The notes under the pieces were generated by a model. The model worked only from the letters and a program-made list of their open reading frames with translations, was not told where the DNA came from and did not search any database. The translations under genes and the position numbers were made by a program. 64,000 nt of DNA. Origin: an uncultured delta proteobacterium (GTDB taxonomy: Bacteria > Myxococcota_A > Polyangia > Polyangiales > B10-G4). The stretch lies in assembly GCA_963727445.1 (NCBI GenBank), contig CAVSGI010000009.1:640001-704000 (forward strand), read 5' to 3'. This document shows positions 47,708 to 57,602 of the stretch, piece by piece. The number at the start of each line of letters is the position of its first letter. Within the stretch, counting starts at the first letter, position 1.

Positions 47708-49115
47708 GACTCCGCAACTTACGGTCCCGACCGCCTTCAACGACATCTCCCAGCTGGCTGAGGGGATGAGCGATCGCGTCGACGAAGAGCGCCTGATGCT
47801 CTACGGCCCCGACCCCGTCGACGACAACAGCTGGATTCGTTTCTCCGTGCTGCTCATGGATCAGTCCGTGGCGCTCGCCGGTGTCGGTCGCGCGGTGGCG
47901 TCAATCGATGGTGGCGAGGAGCGACCCGAGGTCGCGCGCTTCGACATCGTCCTCGACAACCTGCAGTTCGAAGGGACGAGCGAGGTCGTCTACGAGCGCA
48001 TGCTGGTCTACCGCTCGCAGGCCTTCTCCGAGGGCCCGGGCACCGGCGAGGTGAGCCGCGAAGAGGTCGACGCGGCCGAAGCCGCGCTCGCCGACGACGA
48101 CTTCGAGGGCGACGACGCGACCATGGTCGCGTCAGCCGAGGAGTACGCCGAGCACGTGCAGGCCACCGCGGACGAGGAGCCCGCCGCGGCGGAGGCATAC
48201 GCGGAGCCTGCGCCCGAAGAGGCGTACGCGGAGCCTGCGCCCGAAGAGTACGCGGAGCCCGCGGCCGAAGAGGCGTACGCGGAGGTCGCGCCCGAAGAAG
48301 GGCTGCCGGACTTCGCCGAGGACATGGGCGAGGTCGCCACCGTCGTGGGTGAGACTCCGAGCGAGCAGGTCGTCGCCGACGCCTATGACGAGGGCGGCTA
48401 CGAGGAGCCCGCGGCTTCGGAGTTCGACGCGGTGCAAGACGACGTCGTCGACGACTACCAGCCCGCGGCGACGAACGCCGAGAGCTTCGCCGACGTACAG
48501 ACCGAGGACATCGAGGGCCCTGCGGATTGGGGGACCAGCGAAATCGACGTCTCGCAGGTCGACGAGGTGGTGGAAGGCGACGTGCCTCCCTCCGCGGCGC
48601 CGCCCGCTCCGCCCGCCGCGCCCGCCGGTTTCTCCATCGAGACCACCGATCGCGCGCTGACGCGCGCCTCTCGCGGCGCGACCTGGGAACCGAACCTCGC
48701 CCTCGCCCCGGAGCCCCGGGCTCCCAGCGGTCTGTTCCCCTACGCGAGCGGTCTGCCGGTGCCGGAGCACGCGCCCCGTCCGGATCTCGACCCCAGCTAC
48801 CACATCCAGCCGGCGCCCCGTCCGGTGGAGGCGTCGGGTGACTCGACCGACCTCGAGTCCGCGGCGGTCCAGGACGACAGCGGCTATGACGAGGGCGGCT
48901 ACGAGGAAGCACAAGCCGTGGAAGACGTGGAAGATGTCTCCGCCGAGGCGGCGCCGGTGGACGTCGGCGAGCTCAGCTACGACGACGCCTACGCCGAGCC
49001 GGACGACGCCGCGGCCTTCGACGACGCCTCGACCGAGATCGTCGAAGACTCGGAAGCCTACGAGGACTCCGAGGCCACCCGGATGGACCTCGAAGCCCCC
49101 GACGACCCTCAGTAG
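47700..49115 (+). CDS. Protein with degenerate PilZ/TIGR02266-like N-domain and long acidic disordered region
   Basis: N-terminal ~110-aa beta domain (IRFSVLLMD...AGVGRAV); EEAYAEPAP repeats; D/E-rich. Confidence 0.7.
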   Translation: MSETPQLTVPTAFNDISQLAEGMSDRVDEERLMLYGPDPVDDNSWIRFSVLLMDQSVALAGVGRAVASIDGGEERPEVARFDIVLDNLQFEGTSEVVYERMLVYRSQAFSEGPGTGEVSREEVDAAEAALADDDFEGDDATMVASAEEYAEHVQATADEEPAAAEAYAEPAPEEAYAEPAPEEYAEPAAEEAYAEVAPEEGLPDFAEDMGEVATVVGETPSEQVVADAYDEGGYEEPAASEFDAVQDDVVDDYQPAATNAESFADVQTEDIEGPADWGTSEIDVSQVDEVVEGDVPPSAAPPAPPAAPAGFSIETTDRALTRASRGATWEPNLALAPEPRAPSGLFPYASGLPVPEHAPRPDLDPSYHIQPAPRPVEASGDSTDLESAAVQDDSGYDEGGYEEAQAVEDVEDVSAEAAPVDVGELSYDDAYAEPDDAAAFDDASTEIVEDSEAYEDSEATRMDLEAPDDPQ

Positions 49116-49160
49116 CAGGCCGGGGACGAAGTCGCGGGCCTTCTCCTCACCCGTGCCGCG

Positions 49161-51427
49161 TCACTGCACGTAGCCGAGCGCTTCGAGCTGTGACTCGAGC
49201 TCTTCGTCGATCTGGATGGTCTCCGGTCGATGTCGGCGGCGGTCGCGCGCGCGATGCGAATCGTCCGTCGCCGCCATGGCGAGGCCGAGCAGACCGCGGG
49301 CGAGCCGCACGGCCACCGGTCGCTCGGCGGCGAGGTCGTGCGCCTCGTGCGGATCGGCAGCGAGGTCGTAGATCCGGGGTGCCCGCGTCGTCTGCTGGAT
49401 CAGCTTGGTGTTTCCGATGACGATGGCGCGCCAGTTCTCCATGAAACCGGAGATCGTGTAGCGCGGCGCCGGCTCGTCGCTCCCGAGGAGCGCGGGCATC
49501 GGCGATCGGCCCGGCAGCTCCTCGGGGATCGGCTGCCCGAGGGCGTCGAGGATGGTCGGCACCACGTCGCACGAGGCCCACGGGGGCGTCGATCCGCGCC
49601 GGCGCGAGGCCGGGCGATCCGAACGAAGTAGCGGGATGTGCAGGAGCTCTTCGTAGACGCTGTGGCCGTGGCCGACCGAGCCGTGGTCCCAGAACTCCTC
49701 GCCGTGGTCGGCGGTGACCACCACCATCGTGCTGTCGTCGAGGCCGCGCCGCGTCAGGCCGTCGAGGATCGCGGCGAAGTGGACGTCGTGGTAGCTGATC
49801 TCGCCGTCGTAGAGCGCCTCGAGGTGGCTGCGGTCGGCGGCGGTCGGTGCGGGTGCGCCGGTCTTGACCTCTCTCGAGGAGGGTCGGCGTCGCGGCGAAA
49901 GCTGCAGCGGCCCGCGATACGGCGTCTCCTCGTACATCCGCAGGTATCGTCTGGCGGCCGGTAGGGGACGTGCGGGATCGATGGTGTGAACGTAGAGGAA
50001 GAAGGGCTTGTCCTCGGGGCGCGCATCGAGCCACGCGAGGACGTCGGCGGCGACGTGCTCGGCATCGGTCCGGCGGCTTTCGCGGATGTAGTTGCGGTAG
50101 GTGTCCCAGCCCTGGCGGAACCCGAAGCGGCCTGCGAGACGTAGCCGTTGGCGATGAACGAGCCCGTGTGAAGCCGCGCTCCTTCAGCATCTCGGGCAGC
50201 AGGGTCACGCTCCGAGGCACCACCGCCTCTCCGGTCACCGCCGTGTGCTGCCAGGGCATGAGGCCGCTCAGGAGCGTCGCCACGCTCGGCTTCGTCCAGT
50301 TCTCGTTGGTGTGGCCCCGGAGGAAGGTGACGGCGCCCTCGGTGAAGTGGTCGAGGCCCGGGGTCCGCACGCGGGTCTCGGGCGCGTAGGGGTGGAGCTT
50401 GTCGGCGCGCAGGGTGTCGATGAGGTAGACCAGGACGTTTTCGGGTCGCGCCGGCAGGGCCCGCGCCTCGACGCCGTCGGTGGTGACGATGGAAGGACGA
50501 CCCACCATCACCTCGCCATCCGTCGCGGCGAGATTCGAGGCGCACGAGCTCGCCTTCGAAGGCGCCGAGGTCGACGTCGAGCAATCCCGCCGCATGCGTG
50601 CCCAGGCGCGCCGGCTCGGCGCCGTCCCGCACGAGCGTCAGCCCGAGGCGGCCTTCGCCCGCGACCACGCCGCGCAGGCGCGCGGCCGGCGGCACCTCGA
50701 AGGCATACCCGGCGCGCTGTCGTGGAAGGAAGCGGAGCGCCGGGTGCTCACCGAGGCGCGCGGCGGGGGAGGGCGGCGGCTGATCGGAAGGGGGCGAGGC
50801 GGGGGTCCCGATCTTCACCCACTCGACGAAGAGGCCGACCCGGCCGAGATCTTCGATCTCGCGGCTGTGGCCGGTGCGGAGCAACAAGACGTTGTCGCCG
50901 GGCGAGAGTCGGCCTTCGGGGATCTCGAAGCGAACCGTGGTGTAGGCGCTCGGGGCGACCTCGACCTCCCCGATGGGCTCGCCCTCGATGTAGGCTCGGA
51001 GCGTACCGGGGCCGGCGCCGCGCACACGCATCGATATCAGGGCGGCCCCATCGCTCTCCGCCGGCAGATGGAGCCGGCCCGATCGTCCGAGGACCACGCC
51101 GGTGGTGCTGCCGTCCACCGTCACGGCGGCGCGGGTTCCGCTGAGCCAGCCGCCGGAGGTGTACTTGGCGCCCCCCGGTACGCGAAGATCGAGGACCCGG
51201 CTCTCGCCTTCGAAGAGCTCCGCGCGTTCGACGTGGGCGGCGAGATCGTAGCTCTGGCGACCTGCGACGAGCTCGCGGGCTCTGGGAGCCTCGGCGGTGG
51301 CGGATTCTCCGCCTCGCGATTGGGAAAGGGCCGGCTCGGTCGCGGTGGCCTCCGGCGTGGAGGTCGGCTCCGTGGGCCTGGGGCCGCATGCGATGAGCAC
51401 GGTCCAGAGAAGGGTGATCACGGACAT
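49161..51427 (-). pseudogene. Sulfatase-like (alkaline phosphatase superfamily) lipoprotein broken by at least six indels, probably assembly errors
   Basis: Lipobox LIAC; NVLVYLIDTLRAD, WTKPSVATLLSG, KPFFLYVH..DPH, YDGEI, TADHGEEF..HG, LEALGY spread over different frames. Confidence 0.8.
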
Positions 51428-51510
51428 CGCGCTGGAGGGTAGCGTCAAAGCACACCTTCCTATAACGTCCGATGAATCGGAGGGGGTGTCGCCCCGTCCC
51501 AAGAGGACCG

Positions 51511-51852
51511 ATGACTGGGAGCCATCGCAACAATGGGAATCGCACGTCGATCTTCGCCCTGGTCGTGGCGGGGATCCTCCTGCTGAGCCCAGCCGTGGCG
51601 TTGGCCGATGCGCTGGTGGTGGTGCGCCTCCGTGGAGAGGATCCGTCGGAGGGCACGGTGACCCTCACCGCGCGCCAGGGCGAATCCACCTACAGCTGCC
51701 ATACTCATGAGGGAACGTGCCGGATGGACGAGGTCCCCGGGGGCAGTTATTCGGTGCGATTTCAGCCGGATGAGGGCGATCCCGGGCCCGTGAGCCACGC
51801 GATGATCCCCCCGACCGGCACCGTCACGCTCCACGTCGCGACCCACCACTGA
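51511..51852 (+). CDS. Small secreted carboxypeptidase-regulatory-like (prealbumin-fold) protein
   Basis: Signal peptide ...AVALA; GTVTL...CHTHEGTC...VPGGSYSVRF. Confidence 0.6.
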   Translation: MTGSHRNNGNRTSIFALVVAGILLLSPAVALADALVVVRLRGEDPSEGTVTLTARQGESTYSCHTHEGTCRMDEVPGGSYSVRFQPDEGDPGPVSHAMIPPTGTVTLHVATHH

Positions 51853-52024
51853 GCGCCTGAGCGCCGTCTGGGGACCCTTCGCCGAGACGCGTCCGCGCAT
51901 GTGGGCGGAGCGTTGGCGGAAGCCCCGAAACGATGGACGTTTCCGGAGAGGCAGTGTATGACAGCGCCCGGAAGGAGGGGGCTCTCGAGGCCAGCTCGGG
52001 GCTCTTCCTGGCAAGGAGCATGGG

Positions 52025-54364
52025 ATGCACGCGTACGCCCTGAGGTTTGCCTTGGCCTGCCTGCTTGGTCTGGTGGCCCCGGCAACGGCCTTCGCCCAAG
52101 ACGGCTTCGACGACGAGTTCGGGGATGAATTCGGCGACGATACCGGCGATGCGGGCGGTGGTACCGCCGACGGTGGCGATACCGGCGGAGGCGGCGACGA
52201 CTTCGGCGACGACTTCGGTGACGATTTCGGCGACGACGGTGGTGGCGGTGGCGCTGACCAGAACGCCCAGAACGCCGGCGACGACGGATTCGGTGACGAC
52301 TTCGGCGACGAAGACGAGAGCGCTGGCAACGAAGAAGAGGAAGAGCAGACCGGGCCCCGCGACGAGGAGGAGCTGCGCAATCAGCGCCTGCGGATGCACT
52401 CCACCCTTCAGGGAGCGGTCGGCGGTATCCACGTCGTGGACGCGAGCCCGGGTGCGGCTCAAGCGTTCCGCGTCGCCCTGACCACCGACTTCTTCTTCGC
52501 CGGCGACTACCTCAACGTCGGCGACCAGAACGACCACATCGGTGGCTATCTGACGCTCAGCTGGACGGTTCACGACTACGTCGAGCTCTTCGCCTCGATC
52601 ATCAGCTACGCGAACTCGAACAACACCGAGGATCCGGCGCTCTTCCAGGTGCTGGGCGACACGCTCCTCGGCGTGAAGTTCGGCTACGACGTCTCGCCGA
52701 TCTTCACCGTCGGTGGTGATTTGAGCGTCGCCTTCCTCAACACGGTGGGCGACATCGGCCTGGTCTTCGGCAGCACCAGCGTCGGCATCCGCGGTAACGC
52801 CACCATGGACCTTCGCGGGTTGGACAATCCCGTCCCCTTCATCACCCGCCTGAACCTCCAGTACTACTTCGACAACTCGGCCAACCTCGTGTCCGACGTC
52901 GAGCAGGCGCGTTACGACGCCCTCACCGACCCGCGCGACGTGATGTTCGAGGATCGCAACCTGATCACCCGGGTGGAGCGCTTCGCGCTGAACATCAACC
53001 GGACCGACTTCTTCAAGATCGGCCTGGGCATGGAAGCGCCGCTCATGGTGATGGAGGACTTCTTCATCAACCCCATCCTGGAGTGGACCTGGTGGATCCC
53101 GGTCAACCGGCAGGGATACGACTGTCTCTTCGTTCCGGGCTCGCCTGGGAGCGACCGGCCGGCCGAAGGGCAGGACGGCTGCCTCGACAAGACCGGCGCG
53201 GCCGCCTTCCCGATGGACCTCACCCTCGGCGTGCGCGTGCTGCCCCCGGTCGCCGGTCTCGGCTTCCTGCTCGGCGTCGACGTCGGGCTGACGGGCACGA
53301 GCATCCAGAACGCGGTGCGCGAGCTCGCCCAGAACCGTCCTTACAACGTGATGCTGGGGCTCACCTACGCCTACGACGTGGCCGAGCCGCCGGTGCCCGA
53401 GCCGGTGATCCAGGAGGTGGAGCGCCGCGTCGAGGTTCGCGTGCCGCCGCCCCCGAAGGGCCGCATCAACGGCATCGTCGTGGAGCAGGGCCCTGGCACG
53501 CCGGTCGCGGGCGCCATCGTGCGCTTCCCCGGCACGGACTACTCGCCCATCGTGACGAGCGACGACGGCCGCTTCACCAGCTACGCCTTCGATCCGGGCG
53601 ACGTCCCGATGGAGATCACCCACGAGGAGTACAACCCGGGTAGCTGTGTCGCGACCATCGCCGAGGAAGAGACCACCGACGTCGAGGTTCGCTGCGAGCT
53701 CGTCGCCCTCCCGCGTGTCGGCATCGTTCAGGGCCGCGTCGTGGGCGGTGAGGACGGCGCCGCGGTGGCGGCGACCGTCAACATCTCGGGTCCGGCGACG
53801 CGCAGCGTCACCGCCGACGCGGCGGGCAACTTCCGCGTGGATCAGCTGCCGCCCGGCACCTACCAGGCGCAGGTCGACGCCGAGGGTTACCTCATCAAGA
53901 CCCAGAGCTTCGACATCACCGCGCGTGAGACGACCAACATCCAGATCGATCTGGTCGAGCGCCCGCGGCGCTCCCTGGTCAACCTCCAGCGGCGTCAGAT
54001 CCGCATCCGCCGGCAGATCAACTTCGCGACCGACAGCGCGGACATCCTGCCGACCAGCGACCAGCTGATGACCGAGATCGCCGACGTCATCATCCGTAAC
54101 CCGGAGATCACCAAGATCGAGATCCAGGGTCACACCGACAACCGCGGCACCCCCGCCCACAACATGGACCTCTCCCAGCGCCGCGCGGACTCGGTGCGTC
54201 AGTGGCTCATCGACCACGGCGTCGACGGCGGCCGCCTCGAGGCCCGTGGCTACGGCCAGGACAACCCCCTCGTCCCGAACATCACCCCCGCCAACCGCGC
54301 TCGCAACCGCCGCGTCCAGTTCATGATTCAGGAACGCGCGGAAGCCGCCGACGGCGGCGAGTGA
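52025..54364 (+). CDS. OmpA-family outer-membrane protein: acidic leader, beta-barrel, two carboxypeptidase-regulatory-like domains, OmpA_C
   Basis: Signal peptide; DDFG repeats; INFATDS...IQGHTDNRG...LSQRRADSV...GYG...NRRVQF. Confidence 0.92.
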   Translation: MHAYALRFALACLLGLVAPATAFAQDGFDDEFGDEFGDDTGDAGGGTADGGDTGGGGDDFGDDFGDDFGDDGGGGGADQNAQNAGDDGFGDDFGDEDESAGNEEEEEQTGPRDEEELRNQRLRMHSTLQGAVGGIHVVDASPGAAQAFRVALTTDFFFAGDYLNVGDQNDHIGGYLTLSWTVHDYVELFASIISYANSNNTEDPALFQVLGDTLLGVKFGYDVSPIFTVGGDLSVAFLNTVGDIGLVFGSTSVGIRGNATMDLRGLDNPVPFITRLNLQYYFDNSANLVSDVEQARYDALTDPRDVMFEDRNLITRVERFALNINRTDFFKIGLGMEAPLMVMEDFFINPILEWTWWIPVNRQGYDCLFVPGSPGSDRPAEGQDGCLDKTGAAAFPMDLTLGVRVLPPVAGLGFLLGVDVGLTGTSIQNAVRELAQNRPYNVMLGLTYAYDVAEPPVPEPVIQEVERRVEVRVPPPPKGRINGIVVEQGPGTPVAGAIVRFPGTDYSPIVTSDDGRFTSYAFDPGDVPMEITHEEYNPGSCVATIAEEETTDVEVRCELVALPRVGIVQGRVVGGEDGAAVAATVNISGPATRSVTADAAGNFRVDQLPPGTYQAQVDAEGYLIKTQSFDITARETTNIQIDLVERPRRSLVNLQRRQIRIRRQINFATDSADILPTSDQLMTEIADVIIRNPEITKIEIQGHTDNRGTPAHNMDLSQRRADSVRQWLIDHGVDGGRLEARGYGQDNPLVPNITPANRARNRRVQFMIQERAEAADGGE

Positions 54365-54540
54365 GCTGACGGCCATTCGTGAACGACCTCGTCCGGGCGG
54401 ATGCGCCCGGGCGGGGCGTGGTGCCTTCCACGGTCTCGGGTTTGCCTGTCTGGGAAACCCGCGGCTGAGGTGCCAGCCGAGGACGTCAGCGGCCGCGCAG
54501 CACCGCCTCTGAGCCGGCGCTTCGCCTGTGCGACGTCCAC

Positions 54541-55376
54541 GCGGACCGCTCTCGGGTCATCGCGCGATGGGCGGACTTCGGTGCGCGCGGGCGGACCGCT
54601 CTCGGGGTCATCGCGCGATGGGCGGGACTTCGGTGCGCGCGGGCGGACCGCTCTCGGGGTCATCGCGCGGGCGCGATGGGCGGGACTTCGGTGCGCGCGG
54701 GCGGACCGCTCTCAGGGTCATGGCGCGATGGGTCGGACTTCGGTCCGCGCGAGCGGACCGCTCTCGGGGTCATGGCGCGATGGGTGGGACTTCGGTGCGC
54801 GCGGGCGGACCGCTCTCGGGGTCATGGCGCGATGGGTCGGACTTCGGTGCGCGCGAGCGGACCGCTCTCGGGGTCATGGCGCGATGGGCGGGACTTCGGT
54901 GCGCGCGGGCGGACCGCTCTCGGGGTCATCGCGCGATGGGTCGGACTTCGGTCCGCGCGGGCGGACCGCTCTTGGGGTCATCGCCCGATGGGTCGGACTT
55001 CGGTGCGCGCGGGCGGACCGCTCTCGGGGTCATGGCGCGATGGGCGGGACTTCGGTGCGCGCGGGCGGACCGCTCTCAGGGTCATGGCGCGATGGGCGGG
55101 ACTTCGGTGCGCGCGAGCGGGCGGACCGCTCTCGGGGTCATGGCGCGATGGGCGGGACTTCGGTGCGCGCGGGCGGACCGCTCTCAGGGTCATGGCGCGA
55201 TGGGCGGGACTTCGGTGCGCGCGAGCGGACCGCTCTCGGGGTCATGGCGCGATGGGTCGCACTTCGGTCCGCGCGAGCGGACCGCTCTCAGGGTCATCGC
55301 GCGATGGGCGGGACTTCGGTGCGCGCGAGCGGACCGCCTCTTGGGGTCATCGCGCGATGGGTCGGACTTCGGTCCG
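54541..55376. repeat. Tandem array A: 16 copies of a 52-bp unit
   Basis: GGACCGC(T/C) recurs at 54543, 54593, 54645, 54703, 54755, 54807, 54859, 54911, 54963, 55015, 55067, 55123, 55175, 55227, 55279, 55331; unit GGACCGCTCTCGGGGTCATSGCGCGATGGGYSGGACTTCGGTSCGCGCGRGC. Confidence 0.97.
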
Positions 55377-55479
55377 TCACCGGGCTCGTTGCGCGGGCGC
55401 GCCAGCGTCCAGGCGCGGAGCGCCGCCCCAGAGGCCGCACAGTGGCCGCGGCCCGAAACGCATTCCTCCGCCGAAGCCC

Positions 55480-55892
55480 GTCAAGACGGACAGGACGCGT
55501 CGGGCGGTGAGTCGCCTCGGGCGAGCGGTCCGTCCGGACGGACAGAACGCGGCGGGCGGTGAGTCGCGTCGGACGAGTGGTCCGTCCGGACGGACGGGAC
55601 GCGCCGGGCGGGCGGTCGCATTGGGCGAGCGGTCCGTCAAGACGGACACGACGCGTTGGGCGGGCGGTCGCCTCGGGCGAGCGGTTCGTCGGGACGGACA
55701 GGATGCGTTGGGCGGGCGGTCGGGTCGGGCGAGCGGTCCGCCGGGACGGGACAGGACGCGTCGGGCGGTGAGTCGCGTCGGACGAGCGGTCCGTCAAAAG
55801 GGACGGGACGCGTTGGGCGGGCGGTCGCCTCGGGCGAGCGGTCCGTCGGGACGGACAGGACGCGGCGGGCGAGCGGTCGCCTCGCATGAGCG
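55480..55892. repeat. Tandem array B: about 8 copies of a different 52-bp unit
   Basis: GACGG at 55485, 55537, 55589, 55641, 55693, 55745, ~55798 (degenerate), 55850; unit approx. GACGGACAGGACGCGTYGGGCGGKSRGTCGCCTCGGGCGAGCGGTCCGTCVR. Confidence 0.92.
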
Positions 55893-55910
55893 CTCGCCAA
55901 GATCCAGCCA

Positions 55911-56720
55911 CCGCTCCCCGCTCCGCGCATCGCGCACCGCTCATCGCGCTCCCCGCACCGCGCTCCCCGCTCCGCGCATCGCGCACCGCGCATCGCGCTC
56001 CCCGCATCGCGCATCGCGCTCCGCGCATCGCGCATCGCGCTCCGCGCATCGCGCTCCCCGCTCCCCGCACCGCGCTCCCCGCTCCGCGCATCGCGCACCG
56101 CTCATCGCGCTCCCCGCACCGCGCTCCCCGCTCCGCGCATCGCGCACCGCGCATCGCGCTCCCCGCATCGCGCATCGCGCTCCGCGCATCGCGCATCGCG
56201 CTCCGCGCATCGCGCTCCCCGCTCCCCGCACCGCGCTCCCCGCTCCGCGCATCGCGCACCGCGCATCGCGCTCCCCGCACCGCGCATCGCGCATCGCGCT
56301 CCGCGCATCGCGCTCCGCGCATCGCGCTCCGCGCATCGCGCTCCCCCCCCCCGCTCCCCGCTCCGCGCATCGCGCACCGCGCATCGCGCTCCGCGCATCG
56401 CGCACCGCGCATCGCGCATCGCGCACCCCGCATCGCGCACCGCGCATCGCGCTCCGCGCACCGCGCTCCCCGCATCGCGCACCGCGCATCGCGCTCCCCG
56501 CACCGCGCTCCGCGCATCGCGCACCGCGCATCGCGCTCCGCGCTCCCCGCATCGCGCTCCCCGCTCCCCGCTCCCCGCATCGCGCATCGCGCTCCGCGCA
56601 TCGCGCTCCGCGCATCGCGCACCCCGCACCGCGCTCCCCGCATCGCGCATCGCGCTCCCCGCTCCCCGCATCGCGCTCCGCGCATCGCGCACCGCGCATC
56701 GCGCACCGCGCATCGCGCTC
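55911..56720. repeat. Heptamer minisatellite, about 115 units
   Basis: In-phase variants GCGCATC, GCGCACC, GCGCTCC, CCGCTCC, CCGCACC, CCGCATC; one C-run interruption at ~56343-56352. Confidence 0.95.
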
Positions 56721-56721
56721 G

Positions 56722-57602
56722 TCAGCGCCGGCGGCGGGCGACGAGGCCGACAAGCACGAGCAAGATGGCTGCCCATCCGAAGGGCGAGCTCTCGCGGAAT
56801 CCCCGACAGCGCAGCAGCCACCGCCGCCACCGCCACCACACTCGCCGCTGAAGCCGCCGCGCTCTTCGTAGTCGCACGCGGCGGTGAGGGAGCCGGGTGG
56901 GTAGATGCTGCAGATGCCGGTGATGTCGTCGGTGCGGAGGATGCGCTTGTCGACGTCGCCGGGGTTGGCCATCCACCACATGGTCGAGACGGGGTTGTCG
57001 CTGTGGGCCATGGTGAAGAAATGGCCGACCTCGTGGGTCAGGACGTTGGCGAGATCGATGCGGCCGTCGTCGCAGCCGGTGCTGGGGGCGCACTCGGCGT
57101 AGGTGCCGATCGCCTGGTTGATCTCGATGTCCGCGTCGTAGACTTCGCCGGTGCTGCGGTTGTGCCAGACCGTGGTGAGCGCGAAGGCGCGCGGGTCGTG
57201 CATGGACCGAGAGGCCCAGTCGTCGACGAAGGTGACGACGTTCACGTTGCCCGCGCCGCTGTTGTACTCGGCCTTGTCGCAGGCGACGCGCTCGTCGCGC
57301 CGCCGGAGCATGAAATCGAGGGGCTGCCCGTCGCACCGGACGTCCATCCAGGTCTGAAAGGACGATTCGATGATGCGGAGCGCCGTGGCGTCGTCGAAAT
57401 CCCGCGCCCCGTCGCGCTGGACCGAGTACTGGATGCACGGGCGCGTCCAGATCAGCGGCGTGTTCACGGTGTCGCACTCGTCGGGCGCGAACGATCCGGT
57501 CGCGGCGGTGGTCATGCGACACCAGGCGCGGGCATCCGCCGGCGCCCCCAGTAACGCTGCGCTCAGGACCACCGACAGAACCAGGCCGAGGCTATCGCGC
57601 AC
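56722..57602 (-). CDS. Matrixin (M10-like) zinc metalloprotease with MYXO-CTERM tail, apparent frameshift at ~56800
   Basis: Signal peptide; DADIEIN; HEVGHFFTMAHS; STM Met-turn; DDITGI..IYP; GGGCCAV continues in another frame as ...PFGWAAILLVLVGLVARRRR*. Confidence 0.88.

Noticed and set aside
52025..54364. TraB (outer-membrane exchange) assignment
   Set aside because: No TSP3 repeats between barrel and OmpA_C, and no adjacent traA-like gene.
54541..55892. CRISPR array
   Set aside because: Units are contiguous near-identical 52-mers with no unique spacers, and no cas genes are in the window.
54401..56871. Long ORFs across the repeat region (e.g. 54676-56871 +, 55294-56706 -)
   Set aside because: Open only because the GC-rich repeats lack stop codons; periods of 52 and 7 are not multiples of 3 and all frames give the same permuted peptide.
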